Shown here one piece after another: positions 24,721 to 38,151 of a stretch of 64,000 nt of DNA (positions within the stretch are counted from its first letter, which is position 1; every line of letters starts with the position of its first letter). The position numbers and the translations under genes are program-made. Under the pieces are notes generated by a model, which was not told where the DNA came from, made no database searches, and saw only the letters and a list, made by a program, of their open reading frames with translations. The DNA is from Amoebidium appalachense (taxonomy: Eukaryota; Protista; Ichthyosporea): assembly GCA_963693365.1 (NCBI GenBank), contig CAVNZM010000005.1:8263679-8327678 (forward strand). The letters run 5' to 3'.

Positions 24721-25202
24721 TCGTTATAATGCATGCATCAACTCTTTCTCCCCCCCCCCTCTCGGTGTGGGTGTGGGTGTTGGTGAGGGCATGGGCGTGT
24801 GTGTGTGTGTGTGTGTGTATTGATTTATGTATAGGAATGAAGAGATAATAGTTGAAAGCTGCTTCGCCTTCTCAGCCTGATATGATCAACCCTCCGACCA
24901 AGGTCCACGTTGTGCATCTGGATATGTTTTACGGCACATTATTACAAGGATAGCACGATCACGGGAAAAACTTGCGCAGTGGCTTCACATGCTGGAGGGA
25001 AGTAATTGGGGCACGTGGTGACGTGTTTGGGGATTGTGCAGGCAAGGGGGACCTTAGCACGGTGCAGGCACTGTGTGGCCGTGTGGGGGTCAACGAGTGC
25101 ATGAAGTACGACGGAAGGACAGCCCTGCATGTGGCTGCTGCAGAGGTGCGACACACACACACACGTACATGCACGTACACACACACACACACACACACAT
25201 AC

Positions 25203-25238
<36 letters not shown>

Positions 25239-25412
25239 GCACACAAAAACACACTCGCACACTCCAAGATACGGACACACACACACACACACACAAACAC
25301 AACACAACACACATATACACACGTGCTTTCATGCATGGCATGCGCACACGCATGCACACACACAACACACACGTGCACGGTCCTCTTACACCCCCCCCCC
25401 TCCCCTCCCCAG

Positions 25413-25445
<33 letters not shown>

Positions 25446-25479
25446 CCCTCCCTCCCTCCCCTCCCTTCCCTCCCCCCCC

Positions 25480-25523
<44 letters not shown>

Positions 25524-26037
25524 CCCTTCTCCTCCCCCCCCCCCCCCCCTTCCCCTCCTACCTTCTTTTTCCCCCCCTTCCCCCCCCCCCCCCCCCCCCC
25601 TGGCCAAACCCTGTATACACTCTTCTCATCAGCAGGTCTCTAACCCACTCTGCAGAACGTTTTACGCATTTCTCCCCTCGGAGAACTTGGTCGTTGGTGC
25701 GTTTTTGTCTGACATCTAACGACTCTGCAGGGTCCCCTGAGACTACTGACACTCTAACATTCCCTCCCCTCTCTTACTTCCCCCCCCCCCCTCCCCCTTT
25801 CCCTCCTCCTTCCCCTCCCATTTTCTCTGCACACCCAACAGGTCTTAACCAGATCTGCACATCGTTAGTCACAATCTTCTCACATATATGAGAGAATGAT
25901 CGTATTGGTACGATTTGTCTAATATCTGACGATTCTGCAGCATCCCTAAGACCCCCCTCCCCCTCCCCTCCCCCCCCCTCCCCCCCCCCCCCCCCCACCT
26001 TCTCTCTCTCTCTCTCTCCCTCTCTCCTCCTCTCCTC

Positions 26038-26118
<81 letters not shown>

Positions 26119-26123
26119 TTCCT

Positions 26124-26162
<39 letters not shown>

Positions 26163-26223
26163 GCGCCTGTTGTTTTGCTTGTCATTTGTTGTTCTGGTTG
26201 ATTACCTGTAATCTTCGCTTATT

Positions 26224-26258
<35 letters not shown>

Positions 26259-27592
26259 TGTGCGGGGTTGCACATACCGGTGTCTACTTTTCTTCTTACT
26301 GTTTTTCTCTCCACACACTTCATCTGTCCACTTCTGCATACCCCCTTTCATAGCTATAGACACACTTCACACATTGCGTTACGCGCACGCATGCACACAC
26401 CGCTCTGTTGGCGACAGCTCCCTTGGAACCCATGCGGCATGTTACCCGCCGGCGTAACATAACTCGGACTATCGGTTTGGCTTTTTTCAAGCCCAAAGCA
26501 ATGGGTGATACCATATTTCCGGCTGACATCCGGGGGCATAGCTTTCCGTTCGAAGACGATAAAGTTCCGCCCTAGTAAGCGTGTTACTACCCTGCGGCGT
26601 GGGTCAAATCTCATATTTTCCCCTCTGATTACGAATTCTGTGGCCTTCGGGACTTAATTCTTTTCAGCTGGTGTAGTATGTTAGCCAGGGAAGTATCGAC
26701 TTAGGTATCGACGGGGGAGCTTCCTAGAAGCCCCGTCTCCTGAGTTCCTATCTATATTTTTCTTGCTTCTGCTTACTGCTGCAACTTTAACCCCCGGCCT
26801 TTCCCACTGCCCTTGCCTGCATAAGCAACCCTGCTCGTCTCTGATCAAGACGGGTGACCTACTCATGTTCAAGTGAAACAGTATCTGAGTTGGGTTTCGT
26901 TAACGAGGGGAATAGGTCGAAACTCGGGTACTGTGGATGACGTGGGCCCCCCCTGAGGATGGGCTCTGCTTATTATGCATACTCTTTATGTATGGCTTGC
27001 ATTCTGCATCGTGTTATCCGTTTGTTCTTGTGTACTTCGTACTTTTTGACGCATTCAAAACCCCCCTCCCCTCCCCTCCCCCCCCCTCTGCCCCCCCCCC
27101 CTTCCCTTCAAACCCTCTCACACAGACTCTCACATTATCCCCTCAACACCTTCCCCGTGTGTGCGCCCACACACACACGTCCCCCCCCCCCCCCCCCCCC
27201 CCCCCCCCGCCCTCCCCCCCCTCTCTCTCTCTCTCTCTCTCTCCCCCCCCCCCCCCCCTCCCCTCTCTCTCTGCCCCCCTACCCCATCCCTCCTCCCCCC
27301 CTCTCCCCTCCCCTCCGTTCATAAAAACCCCTCCCCCCCACACACGGCAACACACAAACACTGGCATGCATGAGCAGGGCAAGACGGAGGTAGTCAGATG
27401 GCTGCTGGCCCACGGTGCCGATGTGCAAGCCAGGGATCGGTGGGGCAGCACGCCATTGGACGAGGCCACTGCCTTTGACCAATCAGACGTCTGCACCCTG
27501 CTGGTCGAGGCCGGGGCAGCACAGGCCAGCACCATGCACCACACTAAGAGGCTGACACTCGTGGCTCAGGTCGGTTGGTCCGGGGAGGGGAA

Positions 27593-27631
<39 letters not shown>

Positions 27632-27728
27632 GAAGGAGCCCGGGGTAGAAGGGGGGGGGGGGGAGGGGGTAGGCGGGGTGATGTGTGGGTGCCTGGTGGC
27701 TTAGGTGCGGGAGGCGGGGGAAGGGGCC

Positions 27729-27770
<42 letters not shown>

Positions 27771-27986
27771 TTTTTTTGGGGGGGGGGGGGGGGGTGCGGG
27801 GAAGGACAGAGTGATGGCTGGGGGGAGGGGGGGGGGGGGTTGGGTGGGTGTTTTTTGAGGGGGGAGGGGCCGGTGGGGAAGGGGGTCGGTGGGTAGGCAG
27901 GTGTGTGAGGGATGGGCCCGGGGGGGAGGGAGGGGGGTGGAGAGAGAGGTAGGGGGAGAACGTGGTGTGTGTGTGTGTGTGTGCAG

Positions 27987-28037
<51 letters not shown>

Positions 28038-28398
28038 TCTGTTGGCAGGGGGAGGGGGGGGGGGATGTGTGCCCGTGGGTGGGTGGAAGGGGGGAGGGGG
28101 GGGGGGGGGGGGAGGGGGGACAATAACCCAAGGGGAGGGGATGAGGGGGGGGGGGGGGGGGGGTATGTGGAGAGTTGGTGACAGGCGTTGGCGGAAGGAC
28201 AATAATGGTGGGAGGGAAGGGGGGTGTGGGGTGTGGCGTTCTGTTCAGCTTTTTCCCGAGGGAGTCACAATAGTGGATCGCTCGTGGGCTTGGACGGCTC
28301 GGTTGGTTGGTTGGTTGCGATGGCAGAAAATGGGGTGAGGGCTGGGGTGCAGACACAGGACATCTTGGTGAGGCAAGAGGAGAAATTGTGGGCCGTAA

Positions 28399-28447
<49 letters not shown>

Positions 28448-28449
28448 CC

Positions 28450-28484
<35 letters not shown>

Positions 28485-29284
28485 GGCCGTGAATGTGTGT
28501 GTGTGTGTGTGTGCGTGTGAGTGGGTGGGTGGGTGGGTGGGTGGGTGGGTGGGTGGGTGGGTGGGTGGGTGGGTGGGTGGGTGAGGAGGGGGTGGGGGGA
28601 GGTCATAACTTTGCCTGTGCTGAGTGGACTGGTGGGCACAGATGTGTGCTGCAGCAGGGGCCGGGATGATAGAGGAGGTCAAGAGACTGGTGGAGGAGGA
28701 GGGGGTGGACCCCAATGCAATGAGCTATTTTAAGCGCAGACCAATGCACTTTGCCTGTGGACGCAACCAGATGGAGGTGTGTGTGTGGGGGGGGGGGGGG
28801 GGGGGGGGAGAAGGGGGAGGGGATACGGCAGGCTGGTACGTGGAGAAGCGGAGGGGGCGGCGGCGGCGGCGGGGGGGGGGGGGAGTGGGGGGGGGATGCT
28901 AGTGTGGCGACGCGGGTTGATAGGTGGGGGGATGGCGGAGGCTTGGGGGGGGCGGGGAGGGGGGAGGGGAAGGGGGTTGCGTGGAGTGGTGGCATTTTTT
29001 CTGTTGTATAAGGGGTTTTGGGCGGAAAGGGGGCCCAAGGGGGAAGGAGGGGGGGAGGCAGGGGAGGGAGCCGGGCAGGTGAGGCCACGAAGGGTGGGAG
29101 GAAAAGGGGGGAAAGGGTGGAAGGGCTGGTGAGGAGAAACTAGGGAGAGAGCGATTGGTATGGAGGGAGAGACGGGTGCAGATGGTTGGGGTACTTGTGT
29201 GGGTGGTGAGGGGGAGGCGAGGGAGGGAAGGGTGTTTTGGGACGGTGGTGGGTTGTGGCGGAAGAAGGTGGAGGGGTGTTTCTG

Positions 29285-29326
<42 letters not shown>

Positions 29327-29714
29327 GGAGGGAGGGGGGGGGGGGGGGGGGGGGAGATAGATGGTGCAGGGGACACGGGCATAACGACACCTTTTTTGCA
29401 GTGTGTGTGTGTGTGGAGGGGGGGTGGCACAGATAAATAGTGGGAGGCACACAGCAGATAAATGGTGGGGGATACAGTTATAACATTGTGTTCCACTCAG
29501 GTGGTCAAGTATCTACTGAGCAAAGGAACCAACCCCACGGTCATTGACCAGTACGGAGACACGCCTCTGGGCAACGCCATTCTGCACGAGCACAGGGACA
29601 TGGTGCAGTTTCTAAGGGCCAACGGCGCACGAACAAACACACCCCCATTTAGGTAGGTGTGGTGGTGGTGGGGAAGGGGATGGGGGTCGAAGGGGAAAGG
29701 TTGTGAAAGGTTGG

Positions 29715-29749
<35 letters not shown>

Positions 29750-30211
29750 GGGGGTGGGGAAGGGGGTGCCGGGGAAAGGGGCGGGGGGAGGCGGAGATGG
29801 GGTGCTGGGGGGAAAGGGGGGGTGGGGGAGGCGGGGGGGGGGAGGGGGAACAGGGTGGAGGAGGGGGCTGGAGTCAGTGTTTCAACGAAACGGGTATGGG
29901 TTTATGTCGGGAAAGAGGGAAGACCCTGGAGAGAGAGGGAGCGGGGGGGGGGGGGGGGGGGGGGGCTTGTATCAACACATTTTGCAGTTGAATACGTGTT
30001 TTTATGTGTGCAAATATGCTCTTACACTCCCACTGTACGTGCGCCGTGACTCAAACAGACACGAGGGGTGGGCCTGTCCAGGCTCATGGGTTTGCACACA
30101 CACCATAGTATTGTAGCCTCGGGCCAGGCCGGAACACCCTTTGAAAAGGTCTTCGTGCCTCATGCTTGATTGCCACCTTTGGGTTGTTTACATGCGTGCA
30201 CACATACACAA

Positions 30212-30255
<44 letters not shown>

Positions 30256-30404
30256 CTGCACTGTGGGCAATACACACAGAGAGAGAGAGACCTACACCGC
30301 ACACAAACACATACACAACCACGTAATATTGTGCTGTGGGCAACGCATAACAAACATCCCCACACACTTGCACCCGCATGCACCCACACAGACACACGCA
30401 CACC

Positions 30405-30453
<49 letters not shown>

Positions 30454-31792
30454 ACTGACATCCCCCTCCCCCTTCCCCAGCATCCACATGGAGCTGATTG
30501 CTGCCGCCAGCACGGGCAATCTGAAAGAGCTGCAGCGGTTGGTGGACCTGGAGGGTGCCCCCGTCAATGCAGGTGGGTGTGTGTGTGTGGGGGGGGGGGG
30601 GGGGGGGGGGGGGGGATGTGTGTGTTGTGTGTTGGGTGGGTGGGTGAGGGGTTTGGGTGGTGGGTAAGTGTGTGTGTGTGTGTTTGTGTGGATGCCGGTG
30701 GCGGTGGGTGGGTGCATGCCGTCCTTAGCTCTGGAGAGACACAAGGTTGGGTTGGGGGGAGATGGGGTGGGGGATGGGGGCGGGGGGGCTATGTCTGTCT
30801 GGCCAAGGGCGGGGGGAGGGGGGGATGTAGTTAACTTCGGCGGTGTTTGTGCAGGGGACTATGATGGGCGCACACCACTGCACCTTGCAGCCAGTGAGGG
30901 CCACATGCTCGTGGTGACCTATCTGCTGGAGAAGGGCGCTGACGTCAACCAGAAGGTGCGTGGTTGGTGGTGGTCTTGGTTGGTTTTTTTTTGGTTTTTT
31001 TTTTTTTTTTTTTTTTTGGGGGGGGGGGGGGGTGACGGGTAAGAGGCAGTGAGAGGAGAGGGTGGGTACACTCTGTGTGGTTGCCCTCCATATGTTAACC
31101 TGTTCATACCCGCAAATTTCCCAAGATCGAGATCGACGTGTCACTTTTCGAGTTTGTGCTCTAATGTGAGCATGAAGTTGATAAGAACTAGCCAAAGAAA
31201 TTTTGCACGAAAGTCATATATATATTCATTCTTCGTTGCATGCAAAAAAAAAAAAGAACTTTGTTTTAGCACACGATACTTTGTATATGGTGTAACTTCG
31301 AAGGGTGCTTGGCGGCTCGACGAGTCAATGTCGACATCCAAATGCTGTCAATGCAATCTTCTGATTGGACCTTGTGAAAAGGACAGAAAGTGATTGGTCG
31401 GCTCAGTCGACATTCGGTGGCAGCTCCAAGATTTTTTCAAAATCTCGAAAGTCTCTTTATAAAAGTTTACGAAATAATGATATTTTCCACAAACCATCTT
31501 AGTAAGGTATGTAGGTAAGACATATACCTGTCGGCATATGCAATTTATTTGAGCTTTTTCTATCGATTATGAGCTGCATTAGAGTTGTTTAGGCCTTGGA
31601 CGGGACCCGTCCAAATCAATTAGTCTGGGTCTCAAGAGGTTAAATGTGTATGAATGCGTAGGTATTTGGTCGGCAGGGGGGAGAGGCCGGACAGTGGAGG
31701 GGGGGAAGGGGAGGGGGGGGGGGGGGGGGGGGAGGGAGGTGGAGGGGGAGGTGACTGGATAATGATGTGTGTGTCAATGGGTGGTCGGAGGC

Positions 31793-31825
<33 letters not shown>

Positions 31826-33741
31826 CACGCTTATGAACACGTGACACCCCACCATTGACACGTGCGTGCGTGCCATTGACACGCGCGTGCACGCACGCGC
31901 GCGCGCACACACATACACACACACACACATGCACGCACACACACACAGCTGTATGTTTTTGTTTTTTTTTTCTTTGGTGGGGGGGGGGGGGGGGGTGAGG
32001 GGGGCTAAGTGAAATTTGATTTATAGGTGTGTGTCAACGGGTGGCCGTGTAGGGAAGGGACACAGTTGGGACCATGCAAGCGTATGCACACAAGAAATGC
32101 ACACACACACACACACACACACACTCCCATCCTCATTCTGTGTACATTTAGGACCGTGGGGGCATGACACCCCTTGGGGATGCCCTGCGGTCTGGGCACG
32201 TGGAGGTAGCAGACCTGCTGCAGGCAAAGGGGGCAGTGGGGGACACACAGCCGGCAGACTTGAGCAGGAGGCTGTGCACGGCTGCAGCACGAGGCAACCT
32301 GCAGAGGGTGCGTGGGTGTGGGTGTACGTGTGTGGTGGTGGTGGGGGGAATGGTGAGTTTGAGGGAGAAGGGAGATCTGCATGGGGGGGAAAGGGAGGGA
32401 ATGCAGACACAAGGCAGTGGGGTGGGGGGTGGGGATGGGGGGCATACAAGTGTTGGGTGTTTGTTGGTAGACCGAAATGTTGTTGGGCTTGTAGGTGCGG
32501 GGTTGGTGGTGGTGCCTCCCCCGGGGGGTAGGGGGGCAATCTTGGGGAGGGGAGGGGAGACTTGGGTTAGTTATATAGAATCATTCGGTTACTGGTCAAT
32601 GGACCAGATATGTGAGGGTGGGTGGGTTTGGCTGAGAAAGCGTCATTGAAGAGGGGGGGGGGGGGGGGGGAGAGAGGGGGATGGTTATGTTTCATGTATT
32701 TAGCACAGCAGTACTCATTGGCATAGTGGGTGTTGTGTGTGTGCTCCACGCCATACGCGGAGTTGGCAACAACACTACACACACATACACGAACACATGA
32801 ACACACACACACGAACACACACATACTTTACACTCCATTGAACAACAGTCATGGGGACCACCCCCACCTCCAGCACAAGGTGCTTAGTGTCGTGGATGTG
32901 TGACCTGTGCAATTGCATTTTTCTACATGTTTGGCATCATATGCTTACACGTGGTGTGGGTATAGGTGCAGCACCTGGTGGAGAAACAGAAAGCAGAGAT
33001 CAACAGCATGGACTACGCCTCCAGAACACGTATGGGCCACACCAGTTTGTGTGTGTGGGTGGGTGGGGGTGGGGGGGGGGGGGGGGTGGGTGGTTCAGTG
33101 GGTGTGTAGGTGTGGGTGGCTCGGTGTGTGTCTCTGTCTGTGGGTGAGTGGGTGGGCGGGCGGACGTGTGGGTGTGTCTGTGGGTGTTTTTCCATGTCTC
33201 TATGTGCTGTTTATTGTTCATGAACGAGTACGTGCGCGCGGGTGTGTGTGTGTGTGTGTGTGTGTGTGTTGTGTGTATTTGTGCGTGTGTGCATGTGTGT
33301 GCGCGCACGCATGGTTTAGTAGTGGGGATGGGGGAGGGGGGGGGGGGGTTGGGGAGGGGGGAAGGGAGGGAGGGAGGGATTGTGGGCGCAGGTGGATGTG
33401 GTGGGTGTCTAGACGGTAGAGTCTGTCGTAGGACACATGCCTTTTACCTTCTTCCTCCTCACTATTTCAGCGCAAGAATTTGCACGCTTTCTATGTTTAG
33501 CCTGTGCACTTACACGTGTGTCCATTTTTAGCGCTGCACCTAGCAGCCACAGAGGGCCATGTGGAGGTAGTGCGCTATCTGCTGGATGCGGGGGCAAACG
33601 TCAATGCCACGGACAAGAACAACAACACCCCCCTGGCAAATGCTATACAGGCCGCAAAACAGGTACTGCCACACCCCAATAAGTATAATGGAATGGAATG
33701 TAGCACAAAATAGAACATGAAGGAAGGAAATGGGGTTGGAA

Positions 33742-33793
<52 letters not shown>

Positions 33794-34938
33794 GCACACA
33801 CGAGCACATTGATGCTTTTGCGCACATACATAGAGAGACACTGCCATTCAAACACATATGTGCATCATGTCTTGTGCTCTGTGCATACGTGTCCCCGTTC
33901 TTGTTGCCATGGCCCAAGTCTCTCTATGTACCCCCTTGTGACGTCATTCACTCCTAGGACGTGGTGGAACTTCTGCGTGCGCGGGGGGGCAGCACGTTCA
34001 CGACGGAGGAGAATACGGTGACCCGCTTTGTGGCTGCAGCAGGGGCAGGCCGGCTGCAGGAGGTGGAGGAGATGGTGCGGTTGCACGGCATGGACGTCAA
34101 TAAGGGTGCGTGGAAGGGGGTGGAAGAGGGGGGGAAGAGGGGGGATGGGGTGGGTGGAAGCGAAAGGGGAGGGGGTGGGGGGCCGGGGGGGGGGCACGGA
34201 GGTGCTGGACAGACATACAATTGGGATATGTTTGTGTGTTAGGCGTAACCGTACGGAAAGTGTGGACACGCATTGGTGGTGTGTTGCATGTTTCCCTACT
34301 TGTGTTTTTCATGCACGCTGCTGTACCGGTGTTTCTGATTGTAGCACAGGGCCTCAGGCCATGCAGTTATTAATAGAGTCTGGACAGGGGACTATGACCA
34401 GCGGACTGCGCTGCACCTAGCAGCCAGTGAGGGCCATGTGGAGGTGGTGGAGTATCTGCTGGGGGCTGGGGCCAGTGCCAGTGTGCAGGATCGGTGGATG
34501 AATACCCCACTGGGTGAGGCCGTGAACCACGGCCACCAGGTGGGTTTGTTGGGTGTTCTTGGTTTGTGTGTATGTGTGTGGGGGGGCGGGGGGAGGGAGG
34601 AGGGGGGGGGGGGGAGGGGAAAGGTGGGTGGTGGTGTTTTGGGGGGGGGGGGGGGGGGGGGGGGTGTTTCAGGAAATGCAGGGGGTAGGCCAGGAGCGAA
34701 CGGGAACGTAAAATTTTGCAGAAAGGAGGTGGTATTTGTGTGTGTGTATGTTGGAGGGCATCGGGGAAAGGGGGGAAAGGGGGAGGGGGGGGGAGGGGGG
34801 GGGCAGGGTGTGAGCCCTTGGTTGAACATGTGTGGCTGGGTGTCTGCATGGGGCATGTATGCACCTTACCTTATGACTAGCCGAATCTGTGGCGGGGAAT
34901 GGAGGCGGTGATGAGGATTGTGTGCGGGTGCGGGTGCG

Positions 34939-34991
<53 letters not shown>

Positions 34992-36794
34992 GTGACGAGG
35001 AGGGGGAATGAGTAGAAGGGGAAGGAGCCAAGGGGGGAAGGAGGAGCGGCAGATTGAGGGAAGGGACAGGGGGGCGCAGGGGGGGGGGGGGGGGGATGGG
35101 CACACCACTCTTGAACTGAAGGTTCGTAAAACTGGAGGTTCGTAGTGCCCCCCTCGCACAGGTGTTTGTGCTCTAGGGATCACAGCCGCTATACTACCTA
35201 ATGTAGCAGTTATGATAGCCCATATATGGCAATAATGGTGGCCTAATGTGGGCAATAATGCAGGCGGTGGCCGAGCTGCTGAGAAGACACGGCGCAAACT
35301 TTAACACAAAGGACTTGACCGGTACGTATATCTCTGGGGGAGTTGTGTTGCTCACCCACCGACCTACTATGTCCACCCCACATCACATTGCATGCCCGCA
35401 CCCACCCACCTACTGCGTGCACATCATAGCACATTGCATGCCCACACCCACCCACCTACTGTGTGCACATCATAGCACATTGCATGCCCACACCCACCCA
35501 CCTACTGTGTGCCCATCATAGCACATTGCATGCCCACACCCACCCACCTACTGTGTGCACATCATAGCACATTGCATGCCCACACCCACCATCCTACTGT
35601 GTGCACATCATAGCACATTGCATGCCCACACCCACCCACCTACTGTGTGCACATCATAGCACATTGCATGCCCACACCCACCATCCTACTGTGTGCACAT
35701 CATAGCACATTGCATGCCCACGCCCACCATCCTACTGTGTGCACATCATAGCACATTGCATGCCCACACCCACCAACCTACTGTGTGCACATCATAGCAC
35801 ATTGCATGCCCACACCCACCATCCTACTGTGTGCACATCATAGCACATTGCATGCCCACACCCACCCACCTACTGTGTGCACATCATAGCACATTGCATG
35901 CCCACACCCACCATCCTACTGTGTGCACATCATAGCACATTGCATGCCCACACCCACCCACCTACTGTGTGCACATCATAGCACATTGCATGCTCACACC
36001 CACCCACCTACTGCGTGCAGGACTTAGGGCCGAGATGTGTGCTGCAGCCAGTGCAGGCCGGTTAGAGGACGTACAGAGGCTAGTCAAGTCGGGGGCAGAC
36101 GTCAACGTGTGCGACTACGACTTGAGGTACCAGCCCAGCCCCCTCCCCCCCCCCCCCTCCCCCCCCCCCCCCCCCCCCCCCCCCCCCACTTCCCCCCGCC
36201 TCTCTGCTGCCAATTTCGTATGCTCCTTTGTGCTCTCTAATAGTTCTGTTGGTGCCTGTGCTTCGACAATGATAGCACTTCCTTGTGCTATCCAACGTGA
36301 ATGTACTATATACTCAGGTACTACACTTGCTCATATGAAACCCCCTGATACGTGGTTCCTAGGACCCCCCTGCACCTTGCAGCCAGTGAGGGCCACCTGG
36401 AGGTGCTGCGGTTTCTACTGGACAGTGGGGCCAAGCCCGATGCAGAGGACAGATGGGGGGGCACACCATACAGGTAGGTCGATGTGCGGTGGTGGGTTTG
36501 ACTCATAGGCGGGACGTTTATGTGTTGGAAATTCTGCTGTGAGGTTTGTGTGTGTGCGCATGTGTGTGTATTTTCTTCCCTCCATGCAGTGTTTTTGATG
36601 TGGTGCAACTGAGGGTGTTGTCGTTACTGTGAGTCTGCTCGTGCATATTGGATTTGCCCTTTAGATAGTGTTTGGCAACCTCCCCTCGCCCCCCCGCCTC
36701 CCCTCCTCCGGTTCGCCCCCCATGCACCCACCCACAAAACACACTCACTCACTCACTCACCCACCCACTCAATCATCACGTTCACTCACTCACG

Positions 36795-36856
<62 letters not shown>

Positions 36857-37243
36857 GATGCGCTTTTGCACAACCACAAGGATGCTGCTGCCCTGCTCCA
36901 GACCGCAGGAGGCACACTTGGCCGATTGGGGGGTGGCCGATTCTGGTGCATTGACCCGGCAGACATTAAGTACACAAAGATGCTTTCGGAGGGCTTCCAG
37001 GTTATCCCCCCCCCCCCCCCCCCCTCTTCCCCGGCCCCCGTATCTCCCACCTCCTCCATTCAATAACAGTGCACCCACGGACATAGGTGCATGGCCCACG
37101 CACAAACACAGGCGCACGTGCAACACACATGCACATACATGCAGTCGTTCACTCACATGCATGCATGCATGCGCTCACTCACTCACTCACTCGCTCGCAT
37201 ATAAGCACACTGTCACATTTACACACAGACAGGCAGATACAAG

Positions 37244-37331
<88 letters not shown>

Positions 37332-37461
37332 AGCCAAGAGCATGCCTCTTCTCTTGCCTTTCGCACTGACTCTTCCCTGTGTGTTGGCTGTATACAGAGG
37401 CAAACTTGGAAGGCTCAGTGGCGAGGTCTAACGGTGGCTGTGAAGAAAGTGAAGGTGTTTA

Positions 37462-37492
<31 letters not shown>

Positions 37493-37500
37493 AGAAGGGG

Positions 37501-37531
<31 letters not shown>

Positions 37532-37796
37532 ATCCTCCCCTTCACGTCCCCAACAGGTCAGGGCACTTACACACAGGCAGGCGCAGGCATGAAATGCATG
37601 CATCACCACGGCCTGTTGTACGGTCAGATCCACCACATTACCACAGTAACTATCTGCCTATTGTTCTAGCAGGGATTACATGAATGGGCCGGCATGCATG
37701 GGACAAAGACACGTCAAAACATTGGAACGCATGCACACACACACACAATCGCACACACGCAACAAACTACACGACGGGCATGCGCACACACACCCC

Positions 37797-37849
<53 letters not shown>

Positions 37850-37936
37850 CAAATGCGCGCACACAGGCACACATACACACAAAGGAACACAGGCATGCAA
37901 CCAGGCACACACACAAATGAGCACACACACAGGCTG

Positions 37937-37978
<42 letters not shown>

Positions 37979-38003
37979 ACTCACACACGCGCGCGCGCGC
38001 GCG

Positions 38004-38043
<40 letters not shown>

Positions 38044-38075
38044 CACACACACATACACACACACATGTGCGCGCG

Positions 38076-38151
<76 letters not shown>

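Noticed and set aside
25635-25953. C/D or H/ACA snoRNA, or hairpin ribozyme
   Set aside because: There is no box C after the terminal stem, box D is not conserved in copy 2, there is no H/ACA layout, and there is no N-GUC opposite AGAA.
26635-26890. U2 snRNA similarity (GTGTAGTAT; TCAAGTG...AGTATCTG)
   Set aside because: Only short scattered matches, with no colinear U2 5' end or stem-loop arrangement.
26910-26975. Hammerhead ribozyme (CGAAAC...GUA and CUGAGGA)
   Set aside because: The core pieces are present but stems I and II cannot be formed in any permutation. CUGAUGAG on the minus strand near 25625-25632 also lacks a GAAA partner.
35363-36020. CRISPR-like array
   Set aside because: Units are head-to-tail with no unique spacers, the locus is a eukaryotic intron, and there are no cas genes.
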